Source: Podarcis liolepis
Lineage: Eukaryota
Length of the DNA: 64,000 bases
Direction: 5' to 3' (one strand)
Assembly (NCBI GenBank): GCA_965112155.1
Contig: OZ218103.1
Shown: positions 49,601-60,296 of the stretch, in pieces
Layout of the letters: every line of letters begins with the position of its first letter
Numbering within the stretch: position 1 is the first letter of the stretch
The notes under the pieces: generated by a model
What the model was told of the DNA's origin: nothing
Seen by the model: the letters and a program-made list of their open reading frames with translations, nothing else
Databases searched by the model: none
Translations under genes and position numbers: made by a program

Positions 49601-50526
49601 ACAGAGCTTGCAGATCATAATGAGTGAAACTCCTGCTTTGCTGGTCCAATTCTGCTCCAACTGAATATCATTGTCAAATCTTCCTTTACTTCCCCGCATT
49701 GTCCTTAGGCAGATCTGGAATTGCTTTTGCAATAGCTTCTTTTTATTCCTCTCTCTTTCCCCCCTCCAAGGTTAATCACGCCTGGAGAGTTTTTTTGTTT
49801 TCTTTTATTTTTGTGGAAACGATCCATAATTTTGTAGTGGCTGTTTCAAATATATATACGAGCTGATTTTTTACAGCTCATTTTTATCACCTTTTTATTA
49901 TCTTGGGTCAAAAGCTTTACTGGGTTGTATTCAGGGAATTATGCAAACTAAGAGAAAATACCATAGCAAAACTATAGATTTTCTCATTAAACTCTGCTTG
50001 GACATGTAGTTATTGTAGTAAAATTCTAGTAACTATTACGGTGCCTAATATAAAATTATAGTTTGACACCTTGACGCCAGTGGCCCTGCCTTCGGTTCAA
50101 ATTAACCCCTCCTGTGCTGGAATAAAAGCTGGCTTCTGTGAAAGGAGATATCCAGTGGCTCCCTGGAGGCCTATGAATGGATTGATTGCAACACTGCTGC
50201 CATGTAGAAGCAACCATCTGATTCTTTCCAAGCAGCTACAGCCCTTACTCAGCAGCAGGCCAGGCATCTCTTTCCATATTTGTTTCAGAGGAGGGAGTAG
50301 GGCAAGTGGCCTTTAACAAAAGGGATGCTAGTGTTTTTTGGAAAATATAGTCTTGATAGGCTATTCAGCTTAGGATACTAGAAGCTGATGCAGCAATCCG
50401 CAATACACTTATTCTGGAGCAGTACCACCAACTGTTGTGCATCTCGCCTTGACTTCTAGTCTTGAGACACTGTTTATTTCTACAGTGACCTGGAAGTTAT
50501 GCCTTCTGTCCAGAAAACTCTGGAAA

Positions 50527-50733
50527 GCCTGTGTGGTATAGTGGTTTAGAGTGTCATACTGAGGAGAAGCAGCTTCAGAGCTTTCAGAGCAGGGCACATG
50601 GGGATACTCATAATCTTGCAGCCTCATCTTCTATACAGGGTTGTGGTGAGAGATAGATGGTGGAGGGGAACCATATATGTTGCCTTGAGCTCCTTGGAGA
50701 AAAGGTGGGATATAAATTTAATAAATAAATAAA
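50527..50733 (+). mobile_element. MIR-like SINE with L2-type tail
   Basis: gtgtggtatagtggtttagagtgt head, acagggttgtggtgag core, and gccttgagctccttggag..gggatataaat(aataa)n tail. Confidence 0.7.
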
Positions 50734-52009
50734 AGTTGTCTCCATCTTGCATGCATGGAAGCTGCTAAGGAATAAACAAAAGACACTTTGAGCATGCTCA
50801 GCACATGCTTCCAAGGCTATGTGCACATTACTGGCTAAAAACACACTGAGGTGGTTCTTTTACTAAATTAGGATTGAAGCTGGTTGGGGCTGTTCGAATG
50901 CATTGCCAGTGATCCTGATGAGCCTTCAGACCTTGACATCCCATCCACGGAACTGGAGGTTTCCACACTGGTTGTCTGGGTTCCTGGCTGGCTCCTGGAT
51001 CTCCCCTCATTATGTCCATGAGCATAGGAGTTGGCATGTGAGGCAGGAGCTTTCAGGGATGCCGGCAAAGTACCTGGCTTGCCACACATGAAGGGGGGAA
51101 ATGCATGTAAGCACCTGCCTGATCAGAACCTGGCTAAGAATTAGGAAGGGGGGAAGTCTCCAATTCCAACATCAGCTCTCAGTGTGAACCCCAGCATTCC
51201 TGAAGCAACAGCACTCTGCCATTCTTGAACTTGGTAACGGACAAGAAGCTGTTGGAGCTTGGCTGTCCTCCCTTACTTGCATAGAACCTTAAGTGTGGAG
51301 AGAGGGCTGCATATAGAAATGCCTCATTTTTGCACCCAAAAATTGTGTGAACATGGCCAAGTTACCTAGGCATGAGTTCATACTGAAGACTTGCTCCTGT
51401 GCTCTACCCTGTCTGAAACATGCATGCTTAGACTGTGTGCGAACTGGATCAATCCTTTAATAAAAGTAAAGCTTAGCATTCCCCCCCCCCTCGCAGTATA
51501 AATTCCTTCTTCTGGTTGCCTTGATAGTTTCATTCCTGTGGGTCTGTGAGGTTGTATGTTGGGAGTGGCTGCATGTTCATTCTGCACTGTCCACATGATT
51601 TCCCATGATTTCCCATGCAAAAAATCCTTGACCAGCATGGAGACAGTACTCCCAGCTGCCAGATCCACATGATGACTTAGTAATCCATTTGTGTCACCAT
51701 TTTATAGTAACCTGACTTGCAAATTCTGTCCTTGCTCTTGAGGTTTTCCTTGTGTTCAGCTTGACTAGAAATGAGACCAGATAAACAGTAGGGGTATGTA
51801 TAGCAATATAATTATTGCTTTATTTAATTAAGCTAGTGAAAGTCTACTCAAATGGATAGGTTACTCTGGCTGGAAATGCAAAAAAATGCAAGGTCTTATG
51901 TACTGTAGTTGTGCTCAGCTTCATAGGAGAGGCTTTCTTCAGACAGTGTCCTATCTGACTGACTGTTCTAAAGAAATTTGTATTGCGTGTAGCCAGGCTC
52001 TGGAAACAT

Positions 52010-52660
52010 TTCCTTTTGATTGTCTTATTAACATTTTAAAGCCACATAGATAATAACCTGGGGTAGCATGACAGTTCAGCAACTTCGTTTGAGGGAAACA
52101 CTTAATCATATTTATTATGTAAACACAGCATGCCTTGCCCCCGTTAAATTATTAATAGTACCATTAACATATTTACATATAAATCTTATTGCAATTGATG
52201 AAAACTGTGGACAGAACATCACACTGTCTCCCCTTTGTAGAATAGATTCTCTGTATTTTACAGAGACCCATTTATTAAAGGGACAAAATACTTTTTTTTT
52301 TGCTCAAAGTTCATGTCGAAAATGTTGCCTCCGCAGTTTTGGAAATTGGCATTAATGTGAAACCCAGTGACACTGATTTCTTCCCCCCACAATCTTCATT
52401 TCTTTTCAAAATGTGTCATTATTATATAGTGTAATTAATGGAAAGGATTGCATTGCATTTTAGTTGCTCTTGTAGCATTAAATTTTTTTTGATGAATAAG
52501 AACCAGCCCTTCTAATATAATAATGATGGCTGATAGTTAAAGGAAAATATCAGAATTTCATTATTTTCCTTTGTATTGATAATTTTACTCTAATAGTCTT
52601 AGAGGATAACAAATGCAGACAAGCTGATATATTTAATTGGATCAATGTCTGGGGAATTTC
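52010..52660. promoter_or_regulatory. AT-rich candidate CNE block
   Basis: About 650 bp with no repeat signature and dense TAAT/ATTA, TGACAG and TGTCA motifs. Confidence 0.35.
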
Positions 52661-52934
52661 AAAAGCTTTCATGGGAGTCCATCATGTGTATCTTGAAAGC
52701 CAGATAGCCCTATACAAATCAAGGATAGTCCAGTGACACTATCCCTTTCCTAGCCATCTTCTCCTTAGCAACAGCTATAAAAAATAGAACTCAGAACCTA
52801 TCTTCTCTCTTTTTGTTTTCTTTATTGTTACCTTTAAGCTTAACCTGGTGTGCTGAGCATGCCAACTTGATTGTATCATCTGCAGCAAATTCTCTGGGGT
52901 TTCTTTACCATTGTAGAACTGTCCTACTCCAGAC

Positions 52935-53070
52935 CAGTATTCCTCAATCTTGGATTCCCAGATGTGGTTGGATTACAACTGCCATCACCCCCAACCTCTG
53001 CTTTATCTGTCTGGGGGCTGTGGGAGCTGTGGTGCAACAATATTTGGGGACCCAAGATTGAAGAACATTC
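52935..53070. mobile_element. Short hairpin hAT MITE
   Basis: Arms ttcctcaatcttggattcccagat / atttggggacccaagattgaagaa. Confidence 0.75.
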
Positions 53071-53122
53071 CTTTAGTCATGCCTCCAAGACTGAATCCCT
53101 TTTGGAAAGTAAGGAAGTAGAG

Positions 53123-53352
53123 TTTGGATTTGGATTTGATATCCCGCTTTATCACTACCCGAAGGAGTCTCAAAGCGGCTAACATTCTCCTTTCCCTTCC
53201 TCCCCACAACAAACACTCTGTGAGGTGAGTGGGGCTGAGAGACTTCAGAGAAGTGTGACTAGCCCAAGGTCACCCAGCAGCTGCATGTGGAGGAGCGGAA
53301 ACGCAAACCCGGTTCCCCAGATTACAAGACTACCGCTCTTAACCACTACACC
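53123..53352 (-). mobile_element. Young Squam2-like (CORE/MIR-type) SINE
   Basis: (TTTGGA)n tail, CORE-like tgactagcccaaggtcacccagc, and a tRNA head (reverse ggtgtagtggttaagagcggtag..gggtttgcgtttcc) cut off by the gap. Confidence 0.88.
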
Positions 53353-53503
53353 NNNNNNNNNNNNNNNNNNNNNNNNNNNNNNNNNNNNNNNNNNNNNNNN
53401 NNNNNNNNNNNNNNNNNNNNNNNNNNNNNNNNNNNNNNNNNNNNNNNNNNNNNNNNNNNNNNNNNNNNNNNNNNNNNNNNNNNNNNNNNNNNNNNNNNNN
53501 NNN
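53353..53503. other. Assembly gap (151 N)
   Basis: Run of N. Confidence 0.99.
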
Positions 53504-53915
53504 TAAATTTTCTGTTTTATCATTTAAAATACTCATTTTACATCCTTAAGATATCAATGACTTCACTTCTTCTCTTTCATTGGTTCATTTTACATATCAT
53601 AAATCCCTGCATATTTTACAAAAACTATACCATTCAATATTTCATTATTACATCCATCAAAACTTATTTACACTGTTGAATTTATCTTAATGCTGTCAGT
53701 GTTTTCAGCTGTACACAAATTATTTCCCATATATTCAATAAACGTTTTCCAATCTTCCTTAAACCTATGTTCTTGTTTTCTTATTCTATATGTTAAGTCT
53801 GCAAGTTGTGCATATTTTGTCAAATTAAGTTGTCATTCTTCTTTGGTTGGGACCTTGCTCGATTTCCATTTTTGTGCTAACAAAACACGGGCTGCAGTAG
53901 TAGCAAACATAAATA
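53504..53915 (-). mobile_element. L1-clade LINE 3' end (ORF2 C-terminus plus 3' UTR)
   Basis: Reverse strand reads FMFATTAARVLLAQKWKSSKVPTKEE*QLNLTKYAQLADLTYRIR..FKEDWKTFIEY, the AAR..A..WK..PT..W C-terminal motif of non-mammalian L1. Confidence 0.85.
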
Positions 53916-55322
53916 TTTATATTTTCTTCCACTTGGACTAATTCCTGTTCTTGGCATAGCCATGTTACCCTAGACTCCCTGTGCTTCAGTTAATCTCCTG
54001 AAGCTTTGAACTGTTAGCATGAACAGGAAGGCAATGGCAAAGAATACGTGTATCTACATATTCCCTATACTCACCTTGTTCTGGAAGCTGACTATAAATT
54101 CTTTCTTGGAAAAAATAAGTATTTGATATAAGTGTTTGATCCTACCCCCCCCCCCAGCAATTTCTCATGAAACAGGCACTTTCAGAAAAATCATAAGAAA
54201 GCAATTGTTTCAAATTGGTCATTTGGGACTCAAATTACTAATCTAATACATTTTTATGGAGGTTTGCTGAGAGCTCCTATAAAATACAGTCTGTGAAGCT
54301 GCCCCAACATACCAGCGTTTTGAGTCTGACAGATCGAACCCAACAATCTCTCTGGGCTATTCAGGTTTAGGACCTATGAGGCTGTTGCTACCACCATGAT
54401 AGAAATGTTTATATTTCTTCATCAATAGTGCCTGCCTTGCCAAGCGTTTTAAATTCTTCTGGGGTGGATTTTCCACCTTGCCCTGATTGGGGGTGGGAGG
54501 GGGGGACAGAAATGGAACATTTGAAAGAGGAGAATTGGGGAGCACTTTCTAGATGAATTCCCTCCAGTTGCACCCTGTCTTGCCACCAATTTGGGATATC
54601 GAAATCCGAGTTCTTAGACTAATGTAGTTATTGGCTCATTTCTCTTTTTGTCTGGATAGAGAAGAGGTTGCTGTAGTGAGAAGAGTGTTGGGTCCCTTTC
54701 TACTAGGGCTCTTTAGTGGGACGACAACCCCACCCACCCATACCCTGGGAACATTTGTGGTATGACATTTCAGCAGGAGGCTATGGGACACACGCTGATT
54801 GGAAACAAATCTAAATCTACCCTAAAAATATTGCAGGTGCAAACAATAGTGAAAGAGACATAATGCATAACTGCTCCAATATTATCATGAGGACAAATCA
54901 TTATGAATGCATGATATGAAGAGTTCCATAGTGCTGTATTCTCCCAAAGAATTCCAGTATTCCCATTAGCTATGGGCAAAATCCTAATGATATTTATTCA
55001 GCAATAAACACCACTTGCTTTGATGGTACTTACTCTCCAGAAAGTGCATTTATGATTTCAGTTTTTGATCAGCAAAAGTTTCCCTGAGGTATGTTTTAAA
55101 GTAGTGCCTGCTTTTCCTGGCTACTAGCTCTTTATTGGTCATTTCCTAATTATACCCTTTAGTCAGCAAAAATCTCCCGATTTAACATTGTTTAAATCAG
55201 CCCCTTCTCCCTGTACGAATTCCCTTCTGAGCTAGCCCAGAAAATAACCAATTAAAGAGCCAGTAGCCAAGAGAAACAGGAGTGGCTGAAAACCACATTA
55301 AAAAGGTAGACCTTTTACATAC

Positions 55323-56105
55323 TGTCAGGGCTGCCTCAGGTCTCAGCTCACAAAAGACCAACGCCAAGCTCTTCTTATATACAAGGATGTTTATTGCAGT
55401 TCATTATCGGTTCCACAACCGGAGCGCGCAGCCCCGTGTCTCTTAGGCTAGACATTTGAAGTCCCCTCTGAATCAGTCCCGCCCCTACACCAGCTTAAGA
55501 GGCTTGTGCTAGTCCACCTCTTCCTGTCTTTCCTTTTCCGCAGGGTCTTTCTGCCCCCCTGGGTTCCTTCCCTCCTGCTCTCTCCTGAAGCGGATTCCTC
55601 AGATGCCTGTTCCCCCCTCCTTCGTGCTTTGGGGCTAGGCTCCTCCTCCGGGCTCTCTCCATTTCCGCGCGCCTCCACATTTGAACTTGGCGCGCGTTCG
55701 CTACCCCTGACCTTCCTTTTGACAGTTACACTACTCCCTGTACTACTCTCCGCCTCTTCCGGCAGGACGTCCTGCCCCGATCTCCTTCCCCTGTCCCCAT
55801 CCTGCTCCGCTCCGTGTGTCACACTGGGAACTCCACTCTCTTCACTTCGTTCCTGCTGGGAAGCCGGCCCCGATCTCCCACTCTTACTCGGGGTTTCCCT
55901 GCTGCTTCCCTGCTCCTGGCAGGTCCCCCCTGTGACCCCCCTTGGCCTGACTAGGGGCGCCCCCTTCTGGGAATCCTCCGATTCACTTGAGAGACTCATG
56001 GAAGACCTCAAGTCATTGTCATCCTCTTCCTCACTGTCCTGGAATTCTTCCCCATCGCTCTCCGTCTCCCCCCTCACCTGTGCCTCTGTCTCTGAACCCC
56101 TGACA
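55323..56105 (-). mobile_element. Solo LTR of an LTR retrotransposon (probably Ty3/Gypsy), 783 bp
   Basis: TG..CA ends with 8-bp inverted termini tgtcaggg / ccctgaca; perfect 5-bp TSD catac (55318-55322, 56106-56110); minus-strand AATAAA at 55390-55395; GC box at ~55476-55486; CpG-rich. Confidence 0.88.
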
Positions 56106-56302
56106 CATACGCTTCAGGTTACAGACTCCACTAACCCAGAAATAGTACCTCGGGTTAAGAACTTTGCTTCAGGATGAGAACAGAAATTGCACGGCGGCAG
56201 CAGGAGGCCCCATTAGCTAAAGTGGTACCTCAGGTTAAGAACAGTTTCAGGTTAAGAATGTACCTCCAGAACAAATTAAGTTCTTAACCCGAGGTACCAC
56301 TG
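56106..56302. mobile_element. Tc1/mariner MITE (same family as 47182-47423, inverted), host of the LTR insertion
   Basis: Aligns by eye to the reverse complement of 47182-47423; right TIR taacccgaggtaccactg|ta intact; only ttacatac (55315-55322) remains left of the LTR. Confidence 0.92.
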
Positions 56303-56617
56303 TATTTTAAAAAATCATTATGTTTTATTTATACACTCATGTTTTAGTAAAAAAGCAATATCAGATTATGATTTTTTTAATGATGAAATTCCAGCTGCCT
56401 GGGAAAGAACCACATAGCAAGGCATGTAAATACAATGGCATCAGGAAATGCAAGCAAACAATACAGGGCATCAGTGGTAGTTTGTCATTCTATGCTGGAC
56501 AGGTTGGCGCTGCAACTGAAACTGCATTCAAAGTCAGAAAATCACCACAAATCAGGTGTTTCAAAAACAACATGTAAAACATTAGAATTGTAACAGGTGG
56601 CCAGTGATACTGTCTGA

Positions 56618-56905
56618 GGGCTTATCCACACTTAATTTTTTTCCCACTGTTTCCAGACACAGGTCCATGCTTTAAAGCTCTGTGTCTGGGTGTGGGGTGT
56701 TGTTGTTTTTTGCCCCAGAGCTTTCACCCCGAAAATGTGCTCTTTAGCAGTCAATTGGAGCAAACGTCAGTTCGAATTTTCTGTGGATTGCCATTTGCTC
56801 CAATTAAGCATTAAAGAACAGGGTTTTTTGCGGGGAAAGCTCTGGACCAAAAAAAGAAAAAGAAAAAGAAAAAAAGAGTGTTTCTTGAGTTCTGTGTAAT
56901 AACCA
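56618..56905. mobile_element. PIF/Harbinger-like MITE with a long internal hairpin
   Basis: Left terminus tga|gggcttatccacactt; inverted arms ccagagctttc..aattggagcaaa / tttgctccaatt..gaaagctctgg (56715-56845). Confidence 0.65.
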
Positions 56906-57602
56906 TGGGCTGGGGTTGCACGTTACTACTTACTTTGGCTCCAGTGTGCTTCCACCACTGGTGGTTCAAGGTGAGTGCACATGACCCATCTGCATCTTGT
57001 AGTTTCTTGAGAAATACTGCTGACTGATGCACTTTCCCTCAGACTGGGTTCCATCTGATTCAAAAACATAAGTCACAGTTAAGCTAAGGTTTGTATGTTT
57101 TAGACATTTTAGATGATGGCTCATTTTAATAGGAATTAATAGGAGCTGCAGGCACGGGGAAACAAATCCGGTAATAACTTAGGGTGTGTACAACACCACA
57201 GAATGTGACCTGACAAGGGGAAATGATCTCCCTGCATTTTAAGCCGCTAATTTGTACATGCCTTTAGTCTTAGACTAGGGAGAGGTGTGGTTAGAGCTTT
57301 ACTCAGCCAGGCAACTTATGTGGCAGTGTTAGGGAAATCACTTTGGAAGAGACAGTCCAGGAAAGCAGTTGAAGAAGACAGTGTGGCTCCTCCATCCTTT
57401 GGCCATGCTGAACATTTTGTTTGGTGCATGTGCATGTACACACAAGTGGATACAGAAGGTGAATGTTCTTAACAGATGTGTGGGAAAGCAGAATGTGGGG
57501 CTCTAGTCCATTTTCCTCATCTTACTTTCAGTTATTATTGTTGTATATAAGTAACATATAGTCTTAGGATACAAGGCAGCACATAAATAATAAAATCATC
57601 AC

Positions 57603-57626
57603 CATCATCATCATCATCATCATCAT
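57603..57626. repeat. (CAT)8 microsatellite
   Basis: Read directly from sequence. Confidence 0.95.
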
Positions 57627-58426
57627 CGTGCCTAGTTGAGGTTTAGTCACAAACCCTCCCCTTCCACAAACACAGTGCTGGCATTATGGAAGGTACAATT
57701 AGTGAGAAAAAGCTCTGCCCGTCTTGAAACATGTCAGTCATTTGATGTCAAAGTATTATCTAACCTTTGTATGTTCAAGAGAGAAGCACAGCTTACTGGA
57801 TTCCTCAAAGGTTGCCAATGTAAACTGTCCCAGAGAAAGACTGAGACTGGTTCAGCTCCCCCCAGTTGTTCCTTGCAAATTTCCTCTCCATCTTTTTACT
57901 TTTCCACTCCGGTGCTTCTTCAGCTGTCTAGTCCAGAATAGCAGGCGCTATCAAAACAATCCTCCTCCTTACAACCACATTTTTATGTTGCTGCCAATGA
58001 GAGCAGCTCATAAAAGAAAGGGGGGGGGATGAGTCGGAGAACAGAAAAGACAATATTGAGTCTGCTCCTTGGCAAGCTCAGGGGTTGTTTCTCTTCACTG
58101 TTTGATTTCTTTTTACAGTCTGCTGGGCCCTCTCTCCACCTCTCCTGGATCACAAAAAGGCAGGATGTCAATACATCCTAAGCTTTATAATTTTGCATGT
58201 ATTAATGCTCAACCGTTGTTAAGAAACACAGGACTGGAGAACGGCTAAAGATAATCTACTGGCTAATTTACTAACGTAATGCAGAATTCTCCATATCAGC
58301 AACAGAAGATTTGACACATACCAACAAGATTCAACCATGCTTACAATCAGATAGCAAATAAAAGAAATTAAACTATGGAACTGACTGCTATATGATTTCT
58401 ATAGAAGAATATTAGAAGGTCCACAC

Positions 58427-58506
58427 TGCAATCCTATACCTCCTAACTTGGGAACAAGCCCCACTGAACTCAATGAGACATCTAAGTAGACATGTACAGG
58501 ATTGCA
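58427..58506. mobile_element. ~80-bp palindromic MITE-like element
   Basis: Perfect 9-bp ends tgcaatcct / aggattgca with a central cactgaactcaatg. Confidence 0.65.
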
Positions 58507-58985
58507 CTTCCTGATTTAATTATTTTTACAACAACCATAAAAGTGGAGTGGGGGGAACTGACTTTCTATGACTTACGCTTAGGAAAGTATGCATATGTAT
58601 GCTAAAACATTGGGGAAAGATTGATGGCAGGGTGATACTTGCAACACATTCCCATATACTCCCCATGAAGCTTTAAGTATGTGGTTCATCAGGGACAGGA
58701 CACTGACCAGATGGCTCATAGGCATTCATGGTGCACTCTGGCACTCTCCATTTCTTCTATGGGGAGAAGAGGCAAGGTATTGTTTACCAACATCTCTGCA
58801 AGATGTGGTTGTTGCTTTGGCACATGTGGGGCAAGGCTAAGCAGATTTAGCCTGGTCTTGTTGCACCAGGAGCAGTAGCTTGTTGATACATGAAGAACCA
58901 CAGGAAGGGGAAGAAGCAGTTGGGGGAAGAATGGGGGAAGTGGCAGGAGATAAAGCAAGGAAAGAGGAAAAGTCAAGAAAACCCC

Positions 58986-59568
58986 TCTCGCTCTCCGACC
59001 TCTCTCGCTCTCCAAGCTTCAGGAAGCTATCAGCAAGCCTGGGGAGCCCGCGGGAGTTCCCACAGGGCTCCCTAGGCTGTGGATAGCAGCCTCCTACACG
59101 GAGCGCGGGGCACGCTGAAGCAGAGCGCCCCGCCCTTCGGGCAGACATCCACAGCCTAGGGAGCCCTGTGGGAGTTCCCGCAGGGCTCCCTAGGCTGCAT
59201 ATAGCAGCCTCCTGCACGGAGCGTGGGGCGCACTGAAGCAGAGCGCCCCACAATTCGGGCAGACATCGGGCAGCCCCACAAGCTCGGGGGACAGCGGGGA
59301 GGCGCAGCGCCGCCATCCCGCTGTTCCTCAACCTGGTTTGGAGGCTGGCGCTGGGGAGAAGCGCGCTTCTCCCCAGCGCCAGCCCCACAAGCTCGGGGGA
59401 GAGCGGGGAGGTGCAGCGCCGCCATCCCGCTGTTCCCCGACCTGGTTTGGATTCCCCGACCTGGTTTTGGGGGGGAAATAAAGGGGGGGAATTTCCTTTC
59501 CTTTATTTTCCCCCAAAAAACTAGGTGCATCCTATGGGCCGGTGCGTACTATGGGACAAAAAATACGG
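58986..59568. mobile_element. Tc2/pogo-like non-autonomous DNA transposon, right part, with internal GC-rich tandem palindromes
   Basis: Right terminus ggtgcgtactatgggacaaaaaatacgg|ta (reverse TA|CCGTATTTTT.., Tc2/Kanga/MER104 type); no matching left TIR; two ~118-bp and two ~70-bp internal repeats. Confidence 0.8.
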
Positions 59569-60001
59569 TAAGTTTGAGTGATTTAGTAAAAGGCTGGCTT
59601 TCCCAAGAGAGTCCTGTTCCTGTGAGCTGCAAAAGTGCTATTCAGCTTTTTCTAGTTTTTGGGGTGTGCGGGGGTGTGGGTGTCCTTCGTAATCTATTGA
59701 TGGCCTCTTTCCAACTGGCACTCAGGAACAGCAGATTTTGCAAGTTCTACATTCCTTCCCCCAAATTAAACCTTTGTTAGCTCTTGGAATGCTTATACAA
59801 TTCTGTATTTGTTCACATGGAATCTGATGCAAAGACACTCCCCCAAAGAATCAATTTAAGGACTACTGCAAAGCATGGATAATAATTATAAAGAAGGGAA
59901 CAATATTTTTATCCATTCTGTGCATAACTTTACAAACCAGTTTCATGTCCCTTGTTACAGTAGTTGCATTTTCCTTGAACTATAGTAATGGGGATTGTTT
60001 A

Positions 60002-60192
60002 GGCTTCCTGACCTGATGTTGTTGGACTCCAGTGTTCAGGGATGATCGAAGCTGTAGTCCAGTAGCATCCAGAGGGCCACCAGTTCCCTGGGGTGACCAG
60101 AACTGTGCACAGTATTTCATAAATTTATATAGTCATTATGATAGTGGCAGCCTTATTTTCAGCCACTTTCATTATCCTAGGATGAAATTTGC
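60002..60192. mobile_element. Internally deleted hairpin hAT MITE abutting a short CR1 fragment
   Basis: gatgttgttggact..gggatgatcgaagctgtagtccagtagcatccagagggccac (MITE), then ggtgaccagaactgtgcacagtatt..gaaatttgc (CR1, minus strand). Confidence 0.55.
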
Positions 60193-60271
60193 TGAATTTT
60201 GTTTCCTGCCCCACACTGAGATGAGGATCCAGGTCAGGGACCCTGTCATAATGGCTAGGCGGCATTAACAT

Positions 60272-60296
60272 TGTGTGTGTGTGTGTGTGTGTGTGT
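60272..60296. repeat. (TG)12 microsatellite
   Basis: Read directly from sequence. Confidence 0.97.

Noticed and set aside
50914-50925. Other CTGATGA heptamers (also ~7370, ~14944, ~62199) as hammerhead cores
   Set aside because: No stem II followed by GAAA and no closing stem I
53225-53679. ORFs spanning the N run
   Set aside because: Artefacts of the assembly gap
55506-56177. 223-aa plus-strand ORF
   Set aside because: Antisense to the LTR, S/L/P low-complexity, non-ATG start, and crosses the LTR/MITE junction; not a host gene
58170-58410. Possible decayed L1 ORF2 C-terminus (LLANLLT*CRIL)
   Set aside because: Only one short degenerate motif; insufficient support
59035-59450. CRISPR-like appearance of palindromic direct repeats
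   Set aside because: Vertebrate context, only two copies per unit, no unique spacers, no cas genes, and it ends in a transposon TIR
58837-59780. Overlapping 124-185-aa ORFs
   Set aside because: Products of GC-rich tandem palindromes inside a non-autonomous transposon; no transposase motifs
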